A stretch of 64,000 nt of DNA, taken from the NCBI GenBank assembly GCA_001949185.1, contig BDGG01000001.1, positions 6,779,280-6,843,279 on the forward strand. Reading direction: 5' to 3'. The stretch comes from Ramazzottius varieornatus. Its lineage: Eukaryota > Animalia > Tardigrada. Made by a program: the position numbers and the translations under genes. The notes beneath the pieces are model-generated. The model worked only from the letters and a program-made list of their open reading frames with translations. It made no database searches and was not told the origin of the DNA. Shown piece by piece: positions 14,701 to 26,421 of the stretch; the stretch's first letter is position 1; each line of letters opens with the position of its first letter.

Positions 14701-16013
14701 CTGCAAGGTTTGCATCGTGGGTCGAAGCTGGTCCGTACGCGTCGTGCCAAGGCAAGCTCAAGTAGCTCTCCATCAACGCTGGGCCTGTCATTTTCTTTCC
14801 ATCCACTCTATTTATCTCCACCACGCAGAACCAACCCTTCAGCTACCAATTTGAGTTCCCCAACAGCGTGCGCACATAGGCTTACCATCAGACAGGGTCT
14901 CTGGTTGTTTTCAATCAGAGATATGCATGTAAGACAGTAATATGGCTACGTTGATTCGGCGGATGTTGCGTTATTTGATCCAAACCATGATATGGACACT
15001 GCGTTTAATTTCCGCCTTGTGCGCTCTCCCGCCTTTGATGGCCTAAGTGATATTTGTGTTATAAGAAACAACATGTGTTTCATGGCAAAAAGATCGATGG
15101 CTGGTTTTTCACTTAGGTCGACGGTCGAGTGCGCCTCAGTCCACATCTTAAACTCAGCAAAGGCCTTGCTTGCGTGCGCGTCTACTCCATTGAGAAAAGG
15201 ATGCATGGTGTACTACTATAGCAGCGGTGCTCTATGACTTAAACGTGCTTGGTTATACCAGCGATCATTCTTTTCTCAGCACAGGCCAAAGATGCCTGTC
15301 GGCATTACTGTCTTAAGTACAAAATTCAAATATTTACTGATAACTGCAATTTGACCAATTCCCGTTGCTAAACTAACGGTGTCGCACTTGCGGGACAGCA
15401 GTTTCGAATTCAGGTACAGCCTGTCCGGGCTGACTTGCTACCACCTAAAAAGCAAGCTGCTGGCGATTGGGTCACGGTCGAACCTTGAAATTAATTTCTC
15501 GTGATCTATCAACCTTTTGGCCACATCAGAGAACCTTAGTGGCGAAAAATCGGTTCACATGAAATCAAGATCGAAACGAACCTGATGGGTGAACAAAGAG
15601 TAAAATACAACAACTGTCGCGTTATCCAGAATTCGTTTTTCGTTTTGCTTGAGGTTCTGCGGTAGCTTCGCTGGGTATAGTTAGCATGGACAAAGTAGCA
15701 TGGATCTACGCTCAGAACAAGAGCTGCGATTTTTCCCGCAGGTTCTCCGGTAAAATGGTCGACAGTTTTGGTCCATTTGCCAATTTAGCTTAGCATCCGT
15801 GCAATACTTTCTGATTTTTCATGGCACCCCGGATAGTCTCTTGCTTGTTGAAACCAAACAGGGGCTTGGTACTCGAACACTGAATTTTAGAGACGACGTT
15901 TCGATCAGGAACAGAGGTCTCCCCCACCGGACACATACTGATCAACTTTTTTCCAAACTATTTCTTTACTTATGCGAATGTGGTTTGTCTCAGTCGAAAG
16001 AGCTTGAATAGTT

Positions 16014-16216
16014 GTACACGCAAGACGAGAAATTATGTTACAGTAAAAATTATGGGACAGGCGGAAAGGACGGCGAAATGGAAGTTCGACCGTAGAAAAG
16101 TATCGAAAAATGTATTACTGTGAATCGGTCGCGTACGTACGTGCTCCCGTACCGCCGTAGCGAAAAGACCTGTACCACGTTTTTTACTGTACCGTAATTT
16201 CTCGTCCTGCGTGTAC
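16014..16216 (+). mobile_element. MITE family A copy (~200 bp, TA-flanked)
   Basis: TIRs GTACACGCAAGACGAGAAATTATGTTACAGTAAAAA / TTTTTACTGTACCGTAATTTCTCGTCCTGCGTGTAC. The internal sequence is shared with 18788-18973 (inverted) and 23695-23887. Confidence 0.85.
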
Positions 16217-16447
16217 AGTATATGAAATACGAGGGAACGGATGAAAAAGACTCAAATCGGATTTTTGAAGCGCGTCGTTTCATCTGGTAGCAAGTTGGCC
16301 CGAACGGACTGTATCAATCGTCGTCAAGACGGAATTTGCCTACGATGTACTCCCTAGAGTTACATTGTTGCATGTGTGGCGAATGACGTGATTTAGCGCA
16401 GCAAGTGGTGGGTGAGGCTGTGCAAGGACGGAAAATGTGAGGCACGT

Positions 16448-18262
16448 TTACAAAAATTCGGGAAGGAATGCCGCTCGCCGGTCAAACTTATCCAAATCAA
16501 ACAGTTCAAAACTACCAATGTCTCCGCCCTTCGCAACGTAAGACCGCAGCATCGGACCGAGAAAATCCCTTTGTGGTCGACTTCTTTCTTGCTGTCGCTC
16601 ACGCAATGGCAAAGACTGCACAGGGTCAGGGAAACTGAAGGTCGGTTCGCCGTCGGCCAGATACCCAAAACCGGGATGAGGTCGCGTTAGTTTCTTGGTG
16701 GAACCTTCCGGACCAAATCTGTCCCCTCTGCCAGCAGCGCCATCTATCGCCGTGAACGACGGGAAAGTTCCTCGATCGATATGTTGAGCTGTGTGGGAGG
16801 CCTGCGGTGTCTGGCCTTCTGCTGGGAAACCTCTCAGCTCGTTCACAGGTGACGCGTTGGGTATATCCGCGTTTTTGAAGGTGGGTTCACGGCCAAATTT
16901 CCTGGGGTTGGGAACATTTGGGACATTCTCGAACTGCCTGGAATTCTGGACCCTTTCGAAGGGCGGCTCTCGATAATCCCGACGGTGTCCGGTTCCGCCG
17001 AATGGAAGTTCGAAGGTGATATCAATAGCTTCTTCGCTGTTATCGAATGGGCGTGGTCGAGAAGGTGCGAACGATGCGGTACTGAGGCCTGAGCGAGAAG
17101 CAGAATATCCACCATAGGGGAATTTCCGGTACTCCTCCGCGTTGTACGGAATGGTGCTTTTGCTGTGGTACACGGCAAAGGCGTCTTGATTGACTGAACC
17201 AGACGCCATCATTGGGTCCTCCACGATGGCCGGTATCCGGACTTTGTACGGGCTCGAGGTTGCTGGATGATAGGCCGCGATGACATCATCGTACGTGAAG
17301 GACTTTTTTGGCCCACTGCTGTGCTTGTACGGCTTCGGTTGTTTGTAGTACGTCGGGTCATAAACCATCTCCGGTGGATGGTAGGGACTGCCGACAGAGT
17401 AGTCGACAGGGAAGTGTCGGGACGGAGAAGTATTGTAAAGGAGATCGGGTTTACGAGGTGGAAAGAAGGAAGCGTTGGCGGGGTCGAGGGAACTCCACGG
17501 TTCCTCACTAAATAGTGTAGAGGGCGCTTTCTCAAGCTTACGATGAAAATTGTCGGTAGACCTTGGTTTGCCATCTGTAAAGGCGCCGAAAGATATTGGA
17601 TTGTCGCATTTGTATGTACGTTTCGGGCCTCGAAGAGAGGAATGTAAATGCTTACAGTAATACAAGTCGTACATCCACTGTTTCGGAGAAGGTGAATCGC
17701 CAGTCATGGTCGCATCCTCCAAACGGTGAGCTTTGGTCCTTCGGCGTGGCTCGGGTTGGTCGTGCGGGAGTGGTAATTCTGGGAGGAAGACAGGCGAGTT
17801 GGGTGTATCAGCGTAAGTCGATCCGACACGTGTAACATTCTTTCCAGCGAACTGGCTGGGCAGTGGTTTTTCGATGTGCTCCGTGCTAAAGTCCGCAGAG
17901 TGGGAAACTTTGGGAACCTTGACAATATCCATCGGCATGTGTTTTTGTTGTCTGACCGGAGACTTCGGTGGAGGGAAGATGGAAGTTTGAGGAGCATGTG
18001 GAGGATAGTCGGACATACCGGTGTAAGAAAGGGCAGGTGAGACTTCCAGATTGCCCGATGTCAAGTCGGCTCGGAATACCTGCATGTCCCCCAGACTGAC
18101 GGTGAGCGCGGTTGGAGCAGTATCGTTATGCCGCGAGATGGGCGACACGGCGGCAAATCCTGTAGCTGGGGCTTTGGGTGTGGAGGACCTCATGCTATAC
18201 ACGTATACGTGCCGGATTGAGACTAAGATAATCATGAAGGAGCATATCCAAGACTGAGCCAT
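16448..18262 (-). CDS. Intronless 604-aa predicted secreted, Pro/Ser/Thr-rich low-complexity protein of unknown function
   Basis: Uninterrupted 1.8-kb ORF with a hydrophobic N-terminus (MAQSWICSFMIILVSIRHVYVYS) that resembles a signal peptide. No recognisable domain. Confidence 0.7.
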   Translation of the reverse strand: MAQSWICSFMIILVSIRHVYVYSMRSSTPKAPATGFAAVSPISRHNDTAPTALTVSLGDMQVFRADLTSGNLEVSPALSYTGMSDYPPHAPQTSIFPPPKSPVRQQKHMPMDIVKVPKVSHSADFSTEHIEKPLPSQFAGKNVTRVGSTYADTPNSPVFLPELPLPHDQPEPRRRTKAHRLEDATMTGDSPSPKQWMYDLYYCKHLHSSLRGPKRTYKCDNPISFGAFTDGKPRSTDNFHRKLEKAPSTLFSEEPWSSLDPANASFFPPRKPDLLYNTSPSRHFPVDYSVGSPYHPPEMVYDPTYYKQPKPYKHSSGPKKSFTYDDVIAAYHPATSSPYKVRIPAIVEDPMMASGSVNQDAFAVYHSKSTIPYNAEEYRKFPYGGYSASRSGLSTASFAPSRPRPFDNSEEAIDITFELPFGGTGHRRDYREPPFERVQNSRQFENVPNVPNPRKFGREPTFKNADIPNASPVNELRGFPAEGQTPQASHTAQHIDRGTFPSFTAIDGAAGRGDRFGPEGSTKKLTRPHPGFGYLADGEPTFSFPDPVQSLPLRERQQERSRPQRDFLGPMLRSYVAKGGDIGSFELFDLDKFDRRAAFLPEFL

Positions 18263-18787
18263 ACCTATCCCAGGTAAAATTGCAGTCTAGAGTTTAGACT
18301 GTGGAGGCTATCAATATTACCAGGCGGAAGAAAACTCAGGTAATAGTGAGATGCCAAGAAAGGAGCATGACACGCGGTACACTGAGTTTTAATATGAGCC
18401 GGTGAAAAATTTCCATGGTTAGATGCTTTGGTGGTGTCAGTCCGAGACTCAGTGGTTCAATAGTAGGAAATGGAACCAGCTTTGTCATCGTCATTAAACT
18501 GACAAGCATGCAAATGTGCAGGAAGGATTGACACCTGTGAAATGAGCGGCAGCGGTCAAGACCGGCCGACCACCGTTGATAAACCTGTTGCCCGCAGTGG
18601 TCCGTCTCTGTAGTGGTCAACGTGTATGACGACAATTGCTTCCGTAAAGCTCACTGACTTGGTGATTTCTTTGCATATCTCATCTTGAATATAAAGTGTA
18701 AAGCTCAATTACATACACGGGGTACTACACCAGTAAACCACAGGCACAGATGTGAGTGCGTAATTCTGTTGTGGCTCGCGTTTTCCC

Positions 18788-18973
18788 GTACACGTACGAT
18801 GGGAAATTATGGGACAGGCCTTTTCGCTGCGGCGGTTTGGAAGCACGTACGCACACGACCGATTCACAGTAATACACTTTTCTACACTTTTCTACGGTCG
18901 AATTTTCATTTAGCTGTCCTTTCCGCCTCTCCCATAACTTTTACTGTCCCATAGTTTCCCATCGTGCGTGTAC
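18788..18973 (-). mobile_element. MITE family A copy
   Basis: TIRs GTACACGTACGATGGGAAATTATGGGACAG / CTGTCCCATAGTTTCCCATCGTGCGTGTAC. The body is reverse-complement homologous to 16014-16216. Confidence 0.85.
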
Positions 18974-19126
18974 TACAAAAACTAATAGTATACGGAAATT
19001 TGAACGTCGTTCAATCGGAGCGAAACTGTAACAAGATCATGTCTTGGGTGCTCTTTACAATCTTCACAAAGAACCATTTTTTGCGGCTTTTTGGGCAATC
19101 GAGAAGAGCCAACCAACGCCCATTTA

Positions 19127-21247
19127 CTATGTATCCGTCCTCAGATCAGTTGTATTTGGTGCCGTGGTGTAACTATCCATACCGACCCACTTGGCGTTGG
19201 ACGCCGTGATGAGATTGCGCGGTAGATGGCTGAACTCTCCGTATTCTCGTAAGAGAACCCGACCGTCCGGTGGGATTTCTATTCTTGTAACACTTCCGTG
19301 TATCAGGGGCATGCCGATCGATCCCATGGGGAGCTGCATCGACCTGCATGTACAAAAATAATGCCTAGTCATACAGCGCCACAGGGAAGACATCTCGGGA
19401 CACTTTCTGCGGCAACGTGCCTTTCGGTAAAATATCTGATAATGCTGGAATGTGTCATGATCAGCTCATAAGACGTGGTCTTCTGTTCCGGCGATGCTCG
19501 GTGCATAATAGTGTTAAATGCGATTTGCCGTCGTTCCTTATCTTTCTGCAAAGCAAAAGACTAATAATTTCAGAACACAACTGTCAGGCGTCAGGCTCCC
19601 TTGCCGCACATAGCGCGGTCCGTACGTACCTCATCAGCACAGCTCCAAATAAGAGGTGTTGACTCCAGCGTTATGTTGGGATCCAAGTGTTTGGCTATGA
19701 TGGAGGCGGCCTGCTTAGTCCGAAGCTTACTAGAATGGACAAAGGTCTTGTGCCATTTGACTTTAAGCATACTCAAGGCGAGTCCCGTAGCCTCCATTTG
19801 TTCCATTCCTGCAGGCAATGAAACCTTTCTCCAATTCGGCCTCGGTGCAGCACTTAACCTCAACCCGGCATTGAAATGGGGTCTTACCGAGAGATGTCAT
19901 AGTAATCTGTTCCTCAGGTAAGCTAAATAGATAATGTCCATGACGAATTAGAAAGACGACCCTCGTGGCCGTTACGTTGTGCTGCCCAAGAACAGGTTCT
20001 CGCCCATCCCAATCTGCAAAACAATAATGCCCATTACAAGTAATTTTGACCGGATAGGCTTTCAGTCCCTGGATATTACTGTAGGCCTAGGCAGAGATAT
20101 TTCTCATACTCTGTAGCCATCGTTCGCCCTCGTATATGGTCTCTTCCGGGTCCCACGAGTTGTTTAAGGACTTATTGCTCTTAGGAAACTCCACTGCCAG
20201 AACGTTGTACAGTTTCTCTGTCGCATTGGTCAGGTCCAAGTGCTTGCTGGCTTCTCGCAGCTGGATTTGGTATTGACGGTTCTTCACCTTCTCTGCAGCA
20301 GAACAGGAGCTAAAATATCGTTCTCTGTATAAGATGACTTTTGGATCAACGCTTGTAAATTTTGAAACGTACCCAAAGTAAGTTGGTTTGCAATTTGGTC
20401 GTTTTCCAGCTTCAAAGCAGAGTTAGCGTTTTCAAATATGACTTTCAGCTCCTGCGCGTTCGCCCTTTCCTTCTCGGTGGTATTCAGCTGAGTCCAAAGT
20501 TCCAGGAAGGCTTTTTTGGAAAACGACAGTTCTCTTCTCGCATCTTGTAGTTCTTTCTCCAGTTGAACCGTTTTCTAAACCAAGAACCATAACGTCAGCA
20601 CTGTCGGAAATTGAAGCTGTAGGTGTCGTGTGTTCAAACGTCGAAAAGTGGCAAATCTAGCGAGCACAATGCCAGTTATAATTCACGAGGAAAAACAGAT
20701 TTAAGGTATTGGTATGATTCACCTTCCGAGAAAACTCTGCGTCGAAATCGGTGGATTTCGTCGTCGCTGTTGACGCTGGAACTTGTGGGCGGAAATCGAA
20801 AACTTCGCCGTTAGTTGGTCTACTAGCGGGATTTTCTTCTTGTTGATACCCTCCTGATACCGGTCTCAGTCTTCTGAAAGATAATTGGTGATGGGCTGAA
20901 CCCGGAAAGACGGGGTGATCATGCTGGACTGTCATATCTCCTTCCGCCGGCGGACGAAGATGGACAGCCTGACTGATGCGCGACGCGAGGGTTTCATGAA
21001 AAGAAGTTTGGAAGGCAGCATCCGCTCGAGTTCGTCCCGCCGACTGCTCGTTGGAGCCAAGGCGGTTGTTCAGCGCTTCTTCTGATGTTGCTATACTGTC
21101 GGACACTGGATACTGGCCATTGTCAAAGGCGAACAAGGAACGTTCAGCGGCACTCTTGACTCCTTGACGAGATACCGATGCGGAAGTACGGAGATCCAAG
21201 AGAACGACAAGGCTTACCAGTAGAATAAATTGGCATTGACGAGCCAT
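19127..21247 (-). CDS. PGAM5-like histidine-phosphatase-superfamily protein with an N-terminal signal peptide and coiled coil (predicted 518 aa, 7 exons)
   Basis: Exons 21247-20723, 20574-20373, 20292-20110, 20013-19888, 19808-19630, 19545-19421 and 19343-19127 sum to 1557 nt with consistent phases. The product has WLQNWDGREP, TRVVFLIRHGHY, FVHSSKLRTKQAASII, AFNTIMHRA..SYELIMTHSSIIRY and HGSVTRIEIPPDGRVLLREYGEFSHLP, colinear with PGAM5. Confidence 0.85.
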
Positions 21248-21840
21248 CTCGAATATAGCTTAAGAAATAACCATCAAAGCATGCGAATGTTTGAAAACAC
21301 GCAGGAACGGCAGATCAGCTGAGACTGATGCGTACGACTGCGGTGCGGTGCGGCTACGACGAGTGCTCGCAGGTACTTCAAATTTTGTGCCACATTCTTG
21401 GAAGATGCTGATATGTTCGTCAAGTAGATCGTGACAGTTTTTGCCTAGTATGGAACCTACTAGGGAATGCAGTATGGAGTCTACGAAGGAATGCAGAGTC
21501 AGCATGTCTCCACCAATTGTCAGCCTGCACATTACTTTTGTCTGTGCCGGGAGACTCAGACAGCATAAAACAAAGAGCTGTCCACAAAAGACTTTAATGT
21601 ACTGTAGACTGTGGCATGAGAAGAACTTCTGTTATTGTTATCGACACTTGCCGCTCGTCGAGCCTGCACTGTATTCTATGTAGATTCATGGTTCGAACAT
21701 ATAATTATACCTATGTACGTACCAGTGTTAGCGCACTAAATCATTGGTCCGTTGCGGATTCATTCCTCCCTGGAACTACTGTTGGATGCCCATTCAATAA
21801 GCATCCAACTTTGAAGAAAGAAACGGACAACAGAAATGTA

Positions 21841-21965
21841 GTACACGTACTTTGCCTAATTATGAGCAAGGAATTTTGGGCACCAGCTGAAACCGACCAA
21901 TCAATCGAAGTCCTGCCACTGCCCAGAATTTTGTCCATTCCTATAATTATGCAACGTACGTGTAC
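21841..21965. mobile_element. Short MITE family B-related element
   Basis: TIRs GTACACGTACTTTGCCTAATTAT / ATAATTATGCAACGTACGTGTAC. The internal AATTTTGTCCAT is shared with family B. Confidence 0.6.
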
Positions 21966-23694
21966 ATCGCATTCTGTTTCGCATTTCTGTATACGAATAT
22001 AGCTATGTGCCTTCGAAAATTCAGATTGCATGCGCAGGGACATAGTTTCAACGGCGAATACCAAGATATCGTAACGACTTCGGGTAGGCAGCTTTTTGGT
22101 GACCCCTATCTGATGCACTACTACCTGACATGGATTCAAAATAACCCAGCTTGAGTCCATACCAAAAACCATGTTTTCCACAGCATAGAAAAATACTGTT
22201 CAGGTAGCAGAGACCCTCTCTCCGCTAATTGGTAGGAGCAGGTACTGATATAGAATGGGGAGCAGGATTCATATCACCTTTTGAAAATGGCCGATGATAT
22301 AGAGATTACTGCGGCCGGATGGTTCTGATAGTCCCGCTTTGCACTGTTGCATTCCTCTCCACTGCCGTCAAAGCCTCAGCTTGGTTCTTATTCCGGGGGT
22401 ATATGATCCCTGCTAATGCGAAATCCTCCCATGTGGACACGACAACTGCTGGGAAGCTTCTGCGAATTCGTATAAATTAATGTTCTGTCGGTAACACCGA
22501 TGGTCTTAAACTTTACTATGTACTTCCACTTTGCTGAATCTTGCGATGCCATCGAGTAGCTCAAAGTCTCCACTGGACACATTCAGTTGTATCAGCACGT
22601 AGCTTGGCGAAAGTACACCATCCTGATTGACGTCGAATTGTTGAAGAAGCGGATGCTCTATTGCTCGGTCGGCGCTTCAGAGCTCAACCTCCAATGCCGT
22701 CTGAAGTCACGTCGTAGAACTTTTAACAAGATACTCGTACGAAAATGAGTCGAGCAGTCTGCGCCAGGTCTTTGCCAGGCCATTGCCTGGACGATACAAA
22801 AGAAGACTGACTCGTTCGTGATGGCGATGAGATTATTTCCGGGTTTGTTATAATAATACATGTAGTAATAACGACCAGCAGCTCCTGAGCACTTTGCCTT
22901 GTCACTGAGGGGCGTAACCCTGAAAACGCAGAGTAGCAGAAGATTCCGGTATTTTTTAGTAGCTGCCTTCCCTGCCACTTCATAGTTGCGGCAGCAGGTT
23001 TTTGCACACCGAATTCTGGAAAGTCGATAATCATAACTGTGATATCGATGGGTACGTGAAAGCAGTTCGGAGGAGAAAAGAAGGCCGCCATTTCGGTTCA
23101 ACAGGACATGCGTCAAAGCTGGGCGAGGTTGTGGTTTATTATGGGTTTGATGGAGGGGACTAGTCGTAAGCTCCCAACTGAGGTCCAGTTTCGGCAAGCA
23201 GACTGCTTGCGATCAGAGCATCTCCGCTTGTCCTGATAAATCAGCTCGCGGGAATGACGGCAAAAACAGTTACAGATAGGACGATCATGTCTTGGCACCT
23301 ACGTGTAGAGTAAGGAGGCCACTGCAGATAGTTCTCTCTCGTAAGTTACCGAGACCCCGCAGACGTTCACTCTACTTTCCATGTTGCGGAACATGCATTG
23401 CCCACCCCAGCATTCACCTCCTCTTACACATGTACCGGAAGCAACTCAACGAACTGCAGGATCGAGCTTTTTTTCTCGGGCGTAAGCTGCGCTATTGCAA
23501 CTCGATGTTGAGACGGCGACAAAAAATTTTCAAACCCATTCAGAAAGTCAGTATCTTCGCGATCTTGAGTAGTTAGGAGCCCAAAGATGCTGCTTTTCTT
23601 GCGAAGTAACGAACCCGGCTGTGGGTCCAGGACCAGTACCTTACCAGTGGCGCCACTCCGGGGGCCAAACAACGAACCAGGCCGTAAGATATCT

Positions 23695-23887
23695 GTAAAC
23701 GCACGATGGCAAATTATAGGACAGTAAAAATCGCGGGACAGGTGGAAAGGACGGCAAAATGGAAAATCGACCGTAGAAAAGTGTGTTACTGTGAATCGGT
23801 CGTGTACGTACGTGATTCCGTACCGCCCTAGCAAAAAGGCCTCTCCCGTAATTTTTACTGCCCCATGATTTCCAATTGTGAGTGTAC
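23695..23887 (+). mobile_element. MITE family A copy
   Basis: GTAAACGCACGATGGCAAATTATAGGACAGTAAAAA...GAAAGGACGGCAAAATGGAAAATCGACCGTAGAAAAG..TACTGTGAATCGGTCG...TTTTTACTGCCCCATGATTTCC..GTGTAC, homologous to 16014-16216. Confidence 0.85.
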
Positions 23888-25890
23888 AACCAGACGGCCA
23901 CCAACTCGATTTCTAAGGATACTGTAGGTGGGCGGATTCTCACACTTGACAGATCCACCAAATTCCTAAAAACGGAAGAATTTTCTGGAACGCTACTCAC
24001 ACGAGGTGTGTTTCAGTTCGCTGGAATACAACAAAGCCGTGAGCGGGAGAAGAGGAAAGTTATGGCTATCTAGCAGTCCAGATCCCAGTTAAAGCCTAAC
24101 GACAGCATAACGATAGCTACATGTAGACCTCTCTAGAAGGCCGCAGATGGCGCTTTGGTCAAAGGGGTGGTGTCTGGCCAACGATATGTCTATCGGCGAG
24201 GCACATCTTTTTTCTCCACCCATTTTGCCCACAGGTGATACAGTAATTCCTACTCGGAAACGGTTGAGTCATAATCCTCACGTGTTTCTGGGAAAGTGTC
24301 CCGCTGAGGAATTTACTAATTACTCACGGTGGTCTGAAAAAGTATACATTCTGCGCCATCATTTTTCGCCGGACAACGGCGATATTGACAGGCCATTGTT
24401 GGAACTTGGCAAAATTATTATGTAGAGCTGTCTCGAGGTGGTGTCAAGTCGAAAAACCGTTACTGTACAATTGTCGGTAATTGTGCCACCCGTCTGAAGG
24501 CCCTCATAACCGTAAATCATTCCACATTTCTGGTCACGAACAATTACGAACCTTCATTGGCGGCAGCTCACACTTACAAAACCGTACCACTTGTACACGA
24601 ACCCATAAATTTTCTGCTGCGGAAGGGTGCTAGTCCAAAGTTGACATGCAGCCGAAAATATTTTCATTACTGATTTCTCAAATCTTCAGCGCAATGTCGC
24701 ATTTCCGAAAGAATGATAGATGCACTCTAAATATACTCGCCTCATCAATCATCCGCCGTGAACCTACGGTACGCTATTTGGCCAGTCCCTTTAAGTTTCA
24801 CCTTTGCAACCGTACCCCACACAGAATCCAGCGACAACGCGTGCGGGACAGTGCGCCCTTATGGACACGAAACTTGCGTGGAGACTCAACGTGGATCAAA
24901 AGCCATGGAACGCGGCAGTACTTACTCGACGGGAGAATCGTTCTTACGAAAAGACAGATGAGGAATACCATGACGGAACGGGGTCAACCCGTGCTGGGAA
25001 CTGAGGCTTACAAGAGGGGCAACTGGGACTCGGCTGGTTTACGTGATGTAGAGGAACTAATTAGACCGAAGACGGGTGTGGATTGTGGCTAAGACGGCTC
25101 ATATAGACAGCCCATGCGAAGCCCCGTCTTTCTTTGTGTTACATCGCCACTTTATTAGATTCCTACCCAAATTCAATTTCCCCTCGTCGATCCAATGAGA
25201 CAGACAACGCAATACAAACAGACGGACAAAATATGCGCCGCATTCTTCCTTCTGTAATTCGTCTCAATCGGCCATTTATCTGAACGTATATTGACAGCTG
25301 ACCAATGGCTCGCCCATTGTTCTCGCCTAAATGCCGGTTGGCGTCAAGAAGACCGTTGTGACCGTCGAAGACGCATCCGTTATTACACCTGCACAGAACG
25401 ACCCTGCTCACCAGAGAACTTGTGCCACCAGCAACCTATTCTACTCTGGTACGATAAGACTTCTGCCTAGAAATAGTAGAAAAATGGCCTCTGCACGCCT
25501 GTTTGGCGTGGATTTTGTTTTGATTGGTCGATTTATGAAAGGTGACAATTACGTCAATTACACAATGAGTGTAATCAGATAGATGGATTTTTTCCCTTCA
25601 ACAACATTGATAAGAGCAACAAGTCGAGCGGTAGAAGAAAAGGCCGGCATATCGTCCATTTTTCCGGTTATACTACCAGTTTAGGCACTTGCTTTTATAT
25701 ACGGCGTCAAACAGCACTGGACGCATTGGCTGCACATTGCCCGCCCTTTCTTTTTCTCGCCTTTTTATCCTCATCAGCTTATCGCGCACGATTACTGCAT
25801 GCTGGCCGGTAGAGCGCCTGTACGCGTATATTCTTGTCGATGGAAGTAAGGGAAGGCAGTTCCCCACCACAGTACACCACGTTTGCTATT

Positions 25891-25918
25891 GCAGTAGCAG
25901 CAGCAGCAGCAGCAGCAG
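25891..25918. repeat. (AGC)n microsatellite upstream of the glypican
   Basis: GCAGTAGCAGCAGCAGCAGCAGCAGCAG read directly. Confidence 0.85.
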
Positions 25919-26421
25919 TGCATAAACAGCTTTTGCCCATTGATCATCCCTCTCTGTATCATTCCAGCTCCTTCTTTACGCGCATCATCACAAAGCTTGC
26001 ATAGCTGGGTAACTTACGTCTAGAGCCATCACTTGCAACGGAAAACGTCGTTTATTTGATCATCCAGTCACGGTTATATTCCATCCGCCTCCCGCTGTAT
26101 TACCCATTATTCTTCATTATCATCTCTGACGTTCTTCCATTTACGGTATCCCGACGCACAAGTTTTGCCGGCTGGGTTGTAATCAAATGAACATGTGAGA
26201 ACATGTGGTTGATCAACATTTTGTGTTTATCACAAGCCATTCTATTTTTCGCCATGCAAGCTTGAATTTCAATTTTGTTCTTCCTCGTTCTCAAGATATT
26301 ATCCAATGTTATGGATGACCATCTCTTTAACTGTCTCATGCATCTAAAGTGTACGCCGAGTGGATTATCCCATACAGGAAAGACGCGGTGGCGCTCTTCG
26401 CCATCTCCCATAAGCAGAAAG

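Noticed and set aside
9900-15900. Short ORFs upstream of unc-80 (e.g. 13826-14170, 14551-14940)
   Set aside because: No recognisable domains or consistent splice chain. This is probably unc-80 5' UTR introns or regulatory DNA.
16014-18973. Composite transposon formed by inverted MITE-A copies capturing the 604-aa ORF
   Set aside because: Each MITE has its own complete TIR pair, the copies are diverged from each other, and the family is common locally, so independent insertions explain it.
21990-25100. Protein-like ORF fragments around the MITE at 23695, possibly a transposon or pseudogene relic
   Set aside because: I could not identify RT, DDE or any family motif, and removing the MITE does not restore a long ORF.
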